Notes: generated by a model from the sequence alone, not told the origin. Counted from the first letter of the stretch, positions 42,808 to 51,986 are shown. The stretch: 53,489 nt of DNA from Patescibacteria group bacterium (GCA_038056025.1 JBBUGO010000005.1:1-53489), one strand, 5' to 3'. Made by a program: numbers and translations.

Positions 42808-42975
42808 CTAGTTCAGCTTCCTTCCGTCCCGTGGAACCGTCTTGGGCGGGTTGGTGACGCTCACCGCCTGCCCCGTCGCAGTGGTGGCTTGCACTGCACT
42901 TCCCTTGGGTGGGATGTGGGCCATCGTGTTTCGATAGCCAGGCGGAAAAGAAGTGAAACTCTCGACTCGTAACAT
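42808..42975 (-). CDS. Small hypothetical protein (55 aa), SD-led; frame uncertain
   Basis: GGGAGG lies 6 nt upstream of the ATG at 42975 (MLRVESFTSFPPGY...). The alternative track ORF 42782..42991 starts inside the SD and has no SD of its own. Confidence 0.4.
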   Translation of the reverse strand: MLRVESFTSFPPGYRNTMAHIPPKGSAVQATTATGQAVSVTNPPKTVPRDGRKLN

Positions 42976-43145
42976 GCTGTTCCTCCCTCATACACAGGCA
43001 TGCGCAGTTATCGGTGACCCATGCCAGTATCTAGCTAGAACACTGTGCACAGGCAAGGAACGTCTTCCATCCCATTGTATCAAAATACGACTTTTAAATC
43101 AACGCCGGTATTTTCGCCGACATTTCTATCTGATACAATGCGGAT

Positions 43146-44690
43146 ATGCGACCCGTGGTACTACTTATTCTCGATGGATGGGGACACTCAAAACAAATGC
43201 TTGGCAACGCTATTGTCAGCGCCAAGACGCTCCACATTAACGAGATAGCAACAAACTACCCTTCCCTCCTCCTTCAGGCGTCGTCTCGTTCGGTGGGGCT
43301 TGAGTGGGGCGAGCCCGGCAATAGCGAGGTGGGCCATTTTACGCTTGGGGCGGGACGCATTGTGTTTCAATACTCGCCTCGTATTAATACTGCCATTGAG
43401 ACAGGCGCATTTTTTGAAAATCAAGCGCTTGTGGGCGCGATCACGCATCTACGACAAACCAGCGGGGCGCTCCATCTACTGGGTCTGCTCGGCTCCGGCA
43501 CGGTTCATTCAAAATTTGACCATCTTATCGCACTTATCGAATTGGCTAAGCGCAATAACGTCGCCAAACTCTACCTCCATCTGTTTACCGACGGAAGGGA
43601 TTCGGGACTCAAAGAAGCGCCGGAATTATTTAAAAAACTGGAGGAATACCTCACTACCAAAGGGGTGGGGAAGATTGCGACATTCGTCGGGCGTAATTTC
43701 CCCATGGATCGAGACAACAACTGGGATCTCGTGCGGCAAGCATATGAATTATGTGTTGAGGGCAAGGGCCAGCCCGCCAAGGACATCCTCGGAGCCGTAG
43801 AGACCTATTACCATCAGGGATTTGAGGACTCAAACCTCCCGCCGACACTCGTTGACGCCAACGGCATCATCCGAGATGGAGATGCTGTCCTGTTCTTTAA
43901 CTTTCGCGAAGACAGCATGCGGCAGATTGCACGCGCATTCCTCGATGTATCGTTGAGTGAGTTTAAAAAGACAACTCGCACCAACACCTACATCGCGCTT
44001 ATGACACAGTATATCGAATCCCCGGGTCATACACTGAATGTTGCGTTCCCCCTCCCCGACGTGCCCAACGGGCTTGCGCAGGTGTTAAGCAACCGCGGGA
44101 AAAAACAGCTCCATATCGCCGAGACAGAAAAATTTGCCCATACGACCTACTTCTTTAACTGCCTTCGTTCGACGCCTTTTGAAGGCGAAGCGGACATTCT
44201 TATTGATTCCTACAAAGAGGTCTCGGAACACTCCGAGATGCGAGCAGCGGAAATCGCGCAAAAATTTCTTGAAGAGTTCCGTAAAGATGTTTTTGACTTT
44301 ACCATCATGAATCTCGCCAATGCCGATGCGTTATCGCACGTCGGCACTCTGAACCTGACCATCCACGCGGTAGAGGCGGTTGATCTTGCGGTGGGTGTGA
44401 TCAAAGACGTGGTGCTTGCACGCGACGGCATCCTCATCATCACTTCCGATCACGGCAACGCGGAATCGCTTGTGTATAAAGCTTCGGGCCACAGTGAAAC
44501 CAAGCACAATACCAACCCTGTTCCCTTGTATCTGGTCGGTAAAGAATTTCAGGGCAGATCATTTCGTACCGACGGTACCGACGACCCGCAGGGACTGTTG
44601 TCCGATGTCGCTCCCACCATTCTAATGCTCATGCAAGAAGAAATCCCCGCTGAAATGACGGGGAGTAATCTTCTCGCCAATCTTTCCTAG
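43146..44690 (+). CDS. gpmI: 2,3-bisphosphoglycerate-independent phosphoglycerate mutase
   Basis: VVLLILDGWG, NSEVGHFTLGAGR and ITSDHGNAE are the iPGM hallmarks. The ORF is 514 aa. Confidence 0.95.
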   Translation: MRPVVLLILDGWGHSKQMLGNAIVSAKTLHINEIATNYPSLLLQASSRSVGLEWGEPGNSEVGHFTLGAGRIVFQYSPRINTAIETGAFFENQALVGAITHLRQTSGALHLLGLLGSGTVHSKFDHLIALIELAKRNNVAKLYLHLFTDGRDSGLKEAPELFKKLEEYLTTKGVGKIATFVGRNFPMDRDNNWDLVRQAYELCVEGKGQPAKDILGAVETYYHQGFEDSNLPPTLVDANGIIRDGDAVLFFNFREDSMRQIARAFLDVSLSEFKKTTRTNTYIALMTQYIESPGHTLNVAFPLPDVPNGLAQVLSNRGKKQLHIAETEKFAHTTYFFNCLRSTPFEGEADILIDSYKEVSEHSEMRAAEIAQKFLEEFRKDVFDFTIMNLANADALSHVGTLNLTIHAVEAVDLAVGVIKDVVLARDGILIITSDHGNAESLVYKASGHSETKHNTNPVPLYLVGKEFQGRSFRTDGTDDPQGLLSDVAPTILMLMQEEIPAEMTGSNLLANLS

Positions 44691-44692
44691 GA

Positions 44693-45760
44693 TTATACGA
44701 TAATCCCTCCGCCAAGCACTTCGTCGTTGTGATAAAAGACCACGGATTGGCCGGGGGTAATAGCGCGCTGGGGTTTAGTAAAGATAATACTCTTGCCGCG
44801 GAAGCGCGCAGGCGCATCGGGAGTGCGATAGCGAATTTTTGCGCTTATGGCACTCGGGCGAAATGTGCGGTGGATAAAATGGAGATCGGTGAGCATGGCA
44901 GTCCGGCCAAGTAAATCTCTTTCTTTTCCAACAATGATCACGTTGCGTCCGACGTCTTTTGCTACCACATAGTAGGGTCCCCCAGCAATGCCAAGATGAA
45001 GCCCATGGCGCTGACCAATAGTGTAGTAGGGTGCGCCATCATGCTCACCGAGTTTACGTCCGTCAACATGCACTACTTCACCCTTACGAGCGGGAACGTG
45101 GCGCATGAGGAATGACTTCATATCGAGCGGACCAATAAAGCACACGCCCTGACTGTCTTTTTTACTGGCAACCGGCAGTTTCAACTTTCGCGCCAATGTC
45201 CGCACTTGCGGTTTTGTATAATCACCGATAGGAAAAAATGTCTTTGCGAGTTGGGCTTGTGTCAGTGTCCAGAGAAAATAGGTCTGATCTTTATTGCGAT
45301 CTACCGCCCGCAGCAGTTTGCTTGGAGCTTGTTGCTTGGAGCTTGTTGCTCGCGCGTGTTGCACACGCGCGTAGTGTCCGGTAGCAATATAATCCGCACC
45401 CTCCTTGAGGGCTTTGCGCAGGAAAAGCCCGAATTTAATTTCTTTATTGCACATGACATCTGGATTCGGAGTAACGCCGCGGCGATACGCGTCAATCATG
45501 TAGTGAGCCACCGACTGGCCGTATGCTTTGGAAAAATCCCATGTCAAAAGAGGAATATCCAGTACTGCGGCGACGCGCAGAGCGTCCTGCCGATCCTGTT
45601 CCCACAGGCATGTCACACCCGGTTCCTGCCACGGTTTCATGAATACACCGACGACACGAAATCCTTGTTGTTTGAGTAATGCCGCCGCCACAGAGGAATC
45701 CACACCTCCCGACATAGCAACATACACCGTTGATTGTTTCTTGGATTGCATAAAAGACAC
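44693..45760 (-). CDS. mnmA: tRNA 2-thiouridine(34) synthase MnmA
   Basis: The PP-loop is VAMSGGVDSSVAA. NPDVMCN and KDQTYFL are present. Confidence 0.95.
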   Translation of the reverse strand: MSFMQSKKQSTVYVAMSGGVDSSVAAALLKQQGFRVVGVFMKPWQEPGVTCLWEQDRQDALRVAAVLDIPLLTWDFSKAYGQSVAHYMIDAYRRGVTPNPDVMCNKEIKFGLFLRKALKEGADYIATGHYARVQHARATSSKQQAPSKLLRAVDRNKDQTYFLWTLTQAQLAKTFFPIGDYTKPQVRTLARKLKLPVASKKDSQGVCFIGPLDMKSFLMRHVPARKGEVVHVDGRKLGEHDGAPYYTIGQRHGLHLGIAGGPYYVVAKDVGRNVIIVGKERDLLGRTAMLTDLHFIHRTFRPSAISAKIRYRTPDAPARFRGKSIIFTKPQRAITPGQSVVFYHNDEVLGGGIIV

Positions 45761-45767
45761 AGGGACC

Positions 45768-45792
45768 CGTCGAAGGTCCCTGTCGTGCAGGT
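45768..45792 (-). terminator. Terminator of the 45796..46032 cassette
   Basis: ACAGGGACC-cgtcgaa-GGTCCCTGT. On the minus strand it is followed by CTTTT. Confidence 0.7.
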
Positions 45793-45795
45793 TCT

Positions 45796-46032
45796 CTACT
45801 TTTGATGTGCCCCTGCAACGCGCTCCAGTTCCTCCGCCTTGCGTTCCAGCGCCATCTGGTGCTTAAGCGTCCCCAGGACTTCCTGCTCGAGCCTCACGCG
45901 CAGGCGACGCTCGATTTCTTGCTCGCGATGGAGCCGGCAGGCGTAGTACACGGACACCCCCGCCACCAACATCGCCAGAAGAATAAGCCCCCTGAAAACG
46001 TTCGCCCACAGCCGGATTTCCCTCGTTGTCAT
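45796..46032 (-). CDS. Small membrane-anchored coiled-coil protein (78 aa), SD-led cassette gene
   Basis: AGGAGGGGGAG lies directly upstream of the ATG. The TM helix GLILLAMLVAGVSVYYA is followed by a charged helical tail. Confidence 0.6.
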   Translation of the reverse strand: MTTREIRLWANVFRGLILLAMLVAGVSVYYACRLHREQEIERRLRVRLEQEVLGTLKHQMALERKAEELERVAGAHQK

Positions 46033-46069
46033 CTCCCCCTCCTATTGCTATAGTATACAAGTTAATTGA

Positions 46070-46726
46070 GTGCTCGTCAAAATGCTTGAATTCATCGATC
46101 TTGAAGGGCTTATTACCACTGCGGGCTACCTCGGTATTTTTGGGATTGTCTTTGCCGAATCGGGGCTTTTTTTCGGTTTTTTTCTTCCGGGAGACAGTTT
46201 ACTGTTCACCGCAGGAGTGCTCGCATCGCAGGGATATCTCAATATTGTCACGCTTGTGGTAATAACGTTTCTCGGAGCGGTACTCGGCGATAGCTTCGGA
46301 TATTACTTTGGCAGCCATGTCGGTCCGCGGATCTTTACTCGCGAAGATTCCCTCCTATTCCATCGTGAGCATATCAACCGCGCCCAGCGATTCTATGAAC
46401 AACATGGGGCTATCACGATTGTTCTTGCTCGCTTTATGCCTTTTATTCGCACCTTTGCCCCTATTTTGGCGGGAGTGGGCAAGATGCGTTATTCGGTCTT
46501 TCTTTCCTATAATCTCATCGGCGGATTTCTCTGGGGCGTTGTTATCCCCTCTCTGGGATATTTTCTTGGCACCGTTATCCCCAGCATTGATCGTTATCTG
46601 TGGCCCATCATCGCCTTTATTATCTTCTCCTCGATGTTCCCGGGCATCATTGATATCCTTCGCCATCCCCAAAGTCGTCGTAAGGTATCAGATATGATAA
46701 AGCGCGTATTTGCACGTCAATCTTGA
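46070..46726 (+). CDS. DedA-family membrane protein
   Basis: FAESGLFFGFFLPGDSLLFTAG and RFMPFIRTFAPILAG are present. The start could be 46070 or the ATG at 46082. Confidence 0.85.
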   Translation: MLVKMLEFIDLEGLITTAGYLGIFGIVFAESGLFFGFFLPGDSLLFTAGVLASQGYLNIVTLVVITFLGAVLGDSFGYYFGSHVGPRIFTREDSLLFHREHINRAQRFYEQHGAITIVLARFMPFIRTFAPILAGVGKMRYSVFLSYNLIGGFLWGVVIPSLGYFLGTVIPSIDRYLWPIIAFIIFSSMFPGIIDILRHPQSRRKVSDMIKRVFARQS

Positions 46727-46756
46727 TACGTAGTTATAACATGCTAGGATAATGGG

Positions 46757-47965
46757 ATGAAGAAAATACTCTTATTTCTCCTTGTGGGTGTGGCGGCCGT
46801 GATAGCATTCCGCGTGTATCGCACCTCCAATAGCATCACGCTCCAAAGCCCCACGCCATCGCCGATAACTACATTTACGCTAGCGGTACTGAATACCACC
46901 GTATCGGTCAAATCCATTGGCGAATCAGAATTTCGCGTGGTCTCGGGACAAGTTGAGGTACAAGAAGGAGATGAGATTCAAACGGATACCCGTGGACGCG
47001 CAAAATTACTCTACCCCAACGGGACCATCACCACATTGGAAGCAGACACACATCTCAAAATTGAGGCGCTTCAGAACGATGGCGATCGCTCCCGTCTCAC
47101 GCTGTTGTTGGGCAGCATATGGTCAAAGGTAAGCAATATCCTCGGCACCGGCGATTACTATGAGATAGAAACTGAAAACACTGTCGCTTCGGTGCGCGGC
47201 ACAGTATTTGCCACCGAATTTCGCAATCGACGCTCTCGCGTGGTGGGCATCGAAGGACGCGTGAGAACGCAAGCGCGTGATCCTATCAAAAAGCAGCTCA
47301 TTGAAGGCGCCGCAACGGATATTACCAGCGGCGAAGAAATAAGCATTGATAGTCAGCAACTGCCGAAAGTGCAGCGCGAGCTTGTAAAAACATCCGTATC
47401 CACCGAAAATTTGCGCACCCAATTTATCAAGCGCAACATTGAAGATTTGTCGCGCGAAGACGTCAAAGATATTAAAGAAGAGCATTTCCAAAATTTCGTA
47501 AAACGTGTGCGTGATGTGAACGCTGAAGATCGCAAGTTTGTAGAGACCATCATCGAGCACCGGCTCATTCTTGAATCAGCTCCATCTTCGCCATCTGTAA
47601 CGCCGTCTCCTACGCGTTCGCCGCTCACCTCTCCCACAGTCAGCCCCTCGCCCAAAGTAACCCCATCACCCACACTCTCGCCTTCACCTCTGACCATCAA
47701 GCCCACAATCAAATCAGTTTCGCCCAAAACAACAACGCGTGGCAACACCATTGCTGTCAATGGCGACGGTTTTATGGCTGGCCGTAATGTGCCGCAAATC
47801 AAGGGAGCTTCACTCAATAAGAAAAGTGTTCCGTTTGCCGTGATTGACAGCTTAACCCTATTTGCCGACGTGCCCACCGATGTCGTGCCCGGCACGTATG
47901 ATGTAGAGGTTACTACCATCACTGGCGAAGTACTCATCCTGCCGCAAGCGCTCATTGTTCAGTAA
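46757..47965 (+). CDS. Secreted FecR-domain protein with a P/S/T-rich linker and a C-terminal IPT/TIG-like domain
   Basis: The FecR-like beta region spans VQEGDEIQTDTRGRAKLLYPNGTITTLEADTHLKI...TVASVRGTVF. The linker is SPSVTPSPTRSPLTSPTVSPSPKVTPSPTLSPSP. The Ig-like tail reads IKSVSPKTTTRGNTIAVNGDGF. Confidence 0.75.
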   Translation: MKKILLFLLVGVAAVIAFRVYRTSNSITLQSPTPSPITTFTLAVLNTTVSVKSIGESEFRVVSGQVEVQEGDEIQTDTRGRAKLLYPNGTITTLEADTHLKIEALQNDGDRSRLTLLLGSIWSKVSNILGTGDYYEIETENTVASVRGTVFATEFRNRRSRVVGIEGRVRTQARDPIKKQLIEGAATDITSGEEISIDSQQLPKVQRELVKTSVSTENLRTQFIKRNIEDLSREDVKDIKEEHFQNFVKRVRDVNAEDRKFVETIIEHRLILESAPSSPSVTPSPTRSPLTSPTVSPSPKVTPSPTLSPSPLTIKPTIKSVSPKTTTRGNTIAVNGDGFMAGRNVPQIKGASLNKKSVPFAVIDSLTLFADVPTDVVPGTYDVEVTTITGEVLILPQALIVQ

Positions 47966-47970
47966 CTATC

Positions 47971-49905
47971 ATGCGCCATTTTCTGCGCCGCGTTCCTGCG
48001 TGGGCAATCTCATTGCTCATACCATTCATCGTGCTCGGCGCCTCGTTGCTGGGGTTGTTTGGACTCACCCAAGAACGCTTCACTGATTTTCTTTTCACTC
48101 GCCAGGATCCATTGGCTGATGTGGTTATTGTTGAAATCGATGAGCAGTCAATCACAACGGTTGGCCAGTGGCCATGGCCACGCCAAGTATTCGGTCGGTT
48201 AGTTACCAAGCTGTCTCATGCTTCAGTCATCGGCATTGACGTTAACTTCAAGGAGCCCTCTCGGTTGGGAAATACTGACGATGAATCGTTCGCGCGTGCG
48301 CTACGGTCCACTGCAACACCTATCGTACTCACCGCAGAAGCGCAACCAGACGGTTCCTTCAGCCATCCCATTGCCCCTTTTCGATCCATCGCACTTGAAG
48401 GATTCCCCAATCTCGTGATTGGCAAGGACGGTATCGCTCGCGTTATCCGCCTCTCGCGCGGAGCATTCCCCAGTTTTTCACTCGCCATCGCACAACAGTA
48501 TGCCCATACGATCAACGCAACGGTTACGTTGCCTCCTGTGGAGCCGACGCGTATTCATTTTTACGGCCCTAACCGCACGTTCAGTCACATTTCTGTCATT
48601 GATATTCTCCAAAATAAAATTCCAGATACATTTATCAGAGGCAAGATCGTGCTCATCGGCGCAACGGCATCTGATCTGCAGGATTACCACCTCACGCCCT
48701 TTGATAAAACGAGCGGCGTAGAAATCCAGGCAACCATCGTCTCAACCATTCTTCAACAGAAGTACTTTTCGCAGGTGCCCATCTGGTCGTATCTCGCCAT
48801 TATTCTTCTCGGCATCGTAGCAGTCATCTTCACCGTGTACATTGAGAGTATCACCCGCATCATCATCGCCTTGCTGGGGTTGTTTGGACTCTACACTATC
48901 GGCGCATTTATCTTGTTTGATAACTTTATCATTTTGGATATCTTCTTTCCCAACATTGCGCTGATAGGAAGCGCCGTGGTATCCGTTGCCGCACAGTATG
49001 TCACCGCCAATCAAGAAAAACGGTTTATCCGCGAGACATTCTCCCGCTATCTTGCTCCGCAGGTTATTCAGGAGCTCATGCAGGATCCTTCCAAGATCAA
49101 ACTCGGCGGACAGAAATCAACACTCTCTATTTTATTTTCCGACATTAGAAGCTTCACTACGCTCTCCGAAAAAATGACTCCGGAGCGCCTCACACAATTC
49201 TTGAACCGGTATTTAAGCACGATGACTGATATTGTGCTCGAGCACACCGGGGTGATTGATAAATACATCGGTGACGCCATCATGGCATTTTGGGGAGCGC
49301 CCCTGGAAAACCCAAACCATGCGCACGATGCGGTAACAAGCGCGTTGGCGATGATCGCTGCATTGAAAAAATTCAATGAGCACAATCAACGCCATGGAGA
49401 GCCCGCCATTGATATTGGCATTGGCATCAACTCGGGAGACGTTACGGTGGGCAACATGGGTTCAGAGAAACGATTTGATTATACCGTGATGGGCGACAAT
49501 GTGAATCTCGCATCGCGCCTCGAGGGGCTCACCAAAGAATATGGGGTAAATATCATCATCAGCGGTGCCACCGCTACCCTTCTCGCCAACAAAACTGCAG
49601 GATCTCGTTTCCTCCTGCGTGAGATCGATCGTGTGCAGGTCAAGGGCAAGCAACAGGGCGTCACGATCTTTCAGGTTGTTGCCCAACATAAACGGCAAAC
49701 CGTTCAAACGCTCTGGGATGATTTTGAACATGCGCGCGAGCACTACTATGCCGGCCGCTGGGACGACGCCATTGCGTTATTTGAAAAAATTCTCCAGCAC
49801 GTTCCCGCCGATGGTCCCAGCAAAACACTCCTGGCGCGATCCCGCGAACTGCAAGCCCATCCTCCCACTGATTGGCAAGGCGTGTATCAGATGACCCATA
49901 AATAG
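47971..49905 (+). CDS. CHASE2 sensor-domain class III adenylate/guanylate cyclase
   Basis: CHASE2 (IVEIDEQSITTVGQWPWPR), then 3 TM helices, then the cyclase core (LSILFSDIRSFTTLSE, GDAIMAFWGAP, YTVMGDNVNLASRLEG). It starts 5 nt after the FecR gene stop. Confidence 0.9.
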   Translation: MRHFLRRVPAWAISLLIPFIVLGASLLGLFGLTQERFTDFLFTRQDPLADVVIVEIDEQSITTVGQWPWPRQVFGRLVTKLSHASVIGIDVNFKEPSRLGNTDDESFARALRSTATPIVLTAEAQPDGSFSHPIAPFRSIALEGFPNLVIGKDGIARVIRLSRGAFPSFSLAIAQQYAHTINATVTLPPVEPTRIHFYGPNRTFSHISVIDILQNKIPDTFIRGKIVLIGATASDLQDYHLTPFDKTSGVEIQATIVSTILQQKYFSQVPIWSYLAIILLGIVAVIFTVYIESITRIIIALLGLFGLYTIGAFILFDNFIILDIFFPNIALIGSAVVSVAAQYVTANQEKRFIRETFSRYLAPQVIQELMQDPSKIKLGGQKSTLSILFSDIRSFTTLSEKMTPERLTQFLNRYLSTMTDIVLEHTGVIDKYIGDAIMAFWGAPLENPNHAHDAVTSALAMIAALKKFNEHNQRHGEPAIDIGIGINSGDVTVGNMGSEKRFDYTVMGDNVNLASRLEGLTKEYGVNIIISGATATLLANKTAGSRFLLREIDRVQVKGKQQGVTIFQVVAQHKRQTVQTLWDDFEHAREHYYAGRWDDAIALFEKILQHVPADGPSKTLLARSRELQAHPPTDWQGVYQMTHK

Positions 49906-49955
49906 AAAAGGAGGCCTACGGTCTCCCTTTCCTCCTTTTCCCCCCTTTCTTCGTG

Positions 49956-50222
49956 TCACGAGGCAACACGATGTTCGTCAGGCACCGGTTGGTGCTGGCG
50001 CTGGAACGCCTTCTCCAGCCGATCGGTCGCCATCTTCTTCATTGCTCTCTTCTGTGGGTCAGTCAGCGGCGTCAGATCTCGGTTGCACAGAACTCTTCTG
50101 TCTCGGTACACCCAGCGATACTCCTCTCCGCCGTAGCGAAGCACCAACAGAAGTTGCTCCGTATCCCACAGGACCACTTCGAACGGGAACTCTTGTGGTT
50201 CGAACCTTGCCGCTTCACGCAT
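49956..50222 (-). CDS. Hypothetical protein (88 aa), GC-richer patch
   Basis: It has only a weak AGGA upstream. It reads more protein-like than the overlapping plus ORFs. Confidence 0.45.
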   Translation of the reverse strand: MREAARFEPQEFPFEVVLWDTEQLLLVLRYGGEEYRWVYRDRRVLCNRDLTPLTDPQKRAMKKMATDRLEKAFQRQHQPVPDEHRVAS

Positions 50223-50414
50223 GAGATCATCCTAACATAAAAAGGGAAAGTTATCCACTTTTTTTGTATACAAACTATTTGCGCAACGATAGAATAAAGT
50301 CAGTAAAAGTTTTTACAAAAAATTTTTACGCTCGCTTTGGTATGTTATGACAGTGTGGTCAGCTGTCATTCTAAAATAACGATGTCGTGCATTCGCACTC
50401 CATCAGAAAAAGAA

Positions 50415-50483
50415 ATGGCAAAGAGGAAAAAGAAAAAGGCCTCGAAGAAGAAAAAGTCTTCGCGACGCAAGCGAAGAAGATAG
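50415..50483 (+). CDS. Candidate 22-aa highly basic micro-ORF
   Basis: Hand translation gives MAKRKKKKASKKKKSSRRKRRR. It ends 6 nt before a strong terminator. No SD, so coding status is unproven. Confidence 0.3.
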   Translation: MAKRKKKKASKKKKSSRRKRRR

Positions 50484-50489
50484 CAACTC

Positions 50490-50520
50490 AAAACCCCGTT
50501 CCAGAAGCGAACGGGGTTTT
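50490..50520. terminator. Bidirectional rho-independent terminator
   Basis: AAAACCCCGTT-ccagaagcg-AACGGGGTTTT. Confidence 0.8.
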
Positions 50521-50532
50521 GTTTACTATTCC

Positions 50533-51882
50533 CTAGAGGTTCGGCTCGATGTCCGCCGCTTTACGCAGTACGGCATTGGCATAGTAGTTGCAGGTAGCCG
50601 TAGAACAGGTCGGCTTGCCGCTGATATAGGCCTTTGCGGCCCGCACTTCTCCCTCACGCGTTTTGGACGTGGCGCCTCCGCGTGCAAGCTTCGTCGCCGA
50701 CGCCATAAACGCGTCTTCAACACTCCACGGATTGGGTGGATTATGCCCCGTCAGCCGCGCCACTTCTTCCTCGTAGGCCAACCATGTGGAGGGTATAAAT
50801 TGTGCCGGTCCCATAGCTCCGCCACAACCGTAGTTGGGCTCGCGGGAAACTTTTACCGTATCGGCATTTAAATTAAGTTTTGCAACGATTTTGAGAAATG
50901 CCGCTTTCTCTACTTCCGCTCGTTGGGGCTTGCCGAGGCGTAAATAGCATTGGTACATGTCGTTCATCCAGTTGCCCTTGCCGACGTTTTTCCCGAGACC
51001 AGATTCGATTTCCAGAATACCCAAAAGAAATGCGGGACGTATGCCGGCACGAATAGCCGCCAGTTGAGCATACTTTACCGCGTCCTCCACGGAAACGCCG
51101 TTTTGTTGGAGGTAATATACCTGATCGCGGATACGCTCTAAATCAACCTTCGATTTTTTCACCAGCTCCTGATATTTTGTCTCCTGTCCTTTCGTGTCCT
51201 TAAGTAGCTTATCTTTCTGCATCTTGTCCGAACTCAATCCGCGGCGAGCTACTTCCTGCAACTGTTTTAACCGCTGGAGATCAGATTTCTTGTCCTCGAG
51301 CTTCTCTTTGTGTACATCGAGCTCCTGTTTTTCATCTTTAATATCGTTGATGGTGTTCTGAATGTTGGCTTGCGTGGTTTCAACATAGTGTATATCGCTG
51401 AAGAAATCCGATAGCACACTGTTATTGAGTAATATTTCGGTGAGCGTCGTGTGGTCGTTGCTGTATGCAAGCCGCAAATATTGCCCCAGTGCCAGCCTAT
51501 GGCGCTCGATAGATTCAAGAGCATCACCGATCTTTGTCTGAGTGTCCTGAATTTCAAGTCCCGTTTGATCGATGGAGACGCCTAAGCTTCTGACCTCCAA
51601 CGTTACCTGATTAATTTTTGCGTTCAGTTTTGAGATTTCTCCCGAAAGGGTGACTGACTTTGAGCGGTTGGCATCAATCTGTTGTTGATAGTTATCAATC
51701 TGTTTTTGCAACTCCTGTATTTGACGGTTTTTATCGGCGATTTCGGCGGTAATGTCAGCGTTGGTTGCCGCGTCTACCGGAACTATGGTAAAAAAGACAA
51801 GCATCACGGCAATTGCCGCGATTCTCGTTATGGACGCGCTCGTGCCTTGGGGAGTAATTGCCATTTCTGTGATACAAAACAA
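50533..51882 (-). CDS. Secreted coiled-coil protein with a C-terminal lytic transglycosylase-like (SLT/MltB-type) domain
   Basis: Signal/anchor helix and about 230 aa of coiled coil. LLGILEIESGLG provides a candidate catalytic Glu, and GAMGPAQFIPSTW is present. Confidence 0.75.
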   Translation of the reverse strand: MFCITEMAITPQGTSASITRIAAIAVMLVFFTIVPVDAATNADITAEIADKNRQIQELQKQIDNYQQQIDANRSKSVTLSGEISKLNAKINQVTLEVRSLGVSIDQTGLEIQDTQTKIGDALESIERHRLALGQYLRLAYSNDHTTLTEILLNNSVLSDFFSDIHYVETTQANIQNTINDIKDEKQELDVHKEKLEDKKSDLQRLKQLQEVARRGLSSDKMQKDKLLKDTKGQETKYQELVKKSKVDLERIRDQVYYLQQNGVSVEDAVKYAQLAAIRAGIRPAFLLGILEIESGLGKNVGKGNWMNDMYQCYLRLGKPQRAEVEKAAFLKIVAKLNLNADTVKVSREPNYGCGGAMGPAQFIPSTWLAYEEEVARLTGHNPPNPWSVEDAFMASATKLARGGATSKTREGEVRAAKAYISGKPTCSTATCNYYANAVLRKAADIEPNL

Positions 51883-51986
51883 GACGTTTCCGCCTTATAA
51901 ACCTTTCGTCAGTATATCATGCGTAGCGGGGCAGGAAAGTGGGGTCTCGACATGACATTGCGAGTAATACTTTGTATACTGTAGCT

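Noticed and set aside
42782-42991. The 69-aa minus-strand ORF as the product of the cassette upstream of rny.
   Set aside because: Its ATG lies inside the GGGAGG box that is correctly spaced for the ATG at 42975, and it has no SD of its own. My hand GC3 counts (58% versus 67%) slightly favour the 55-aa frame. Both frames remain low-confidence.
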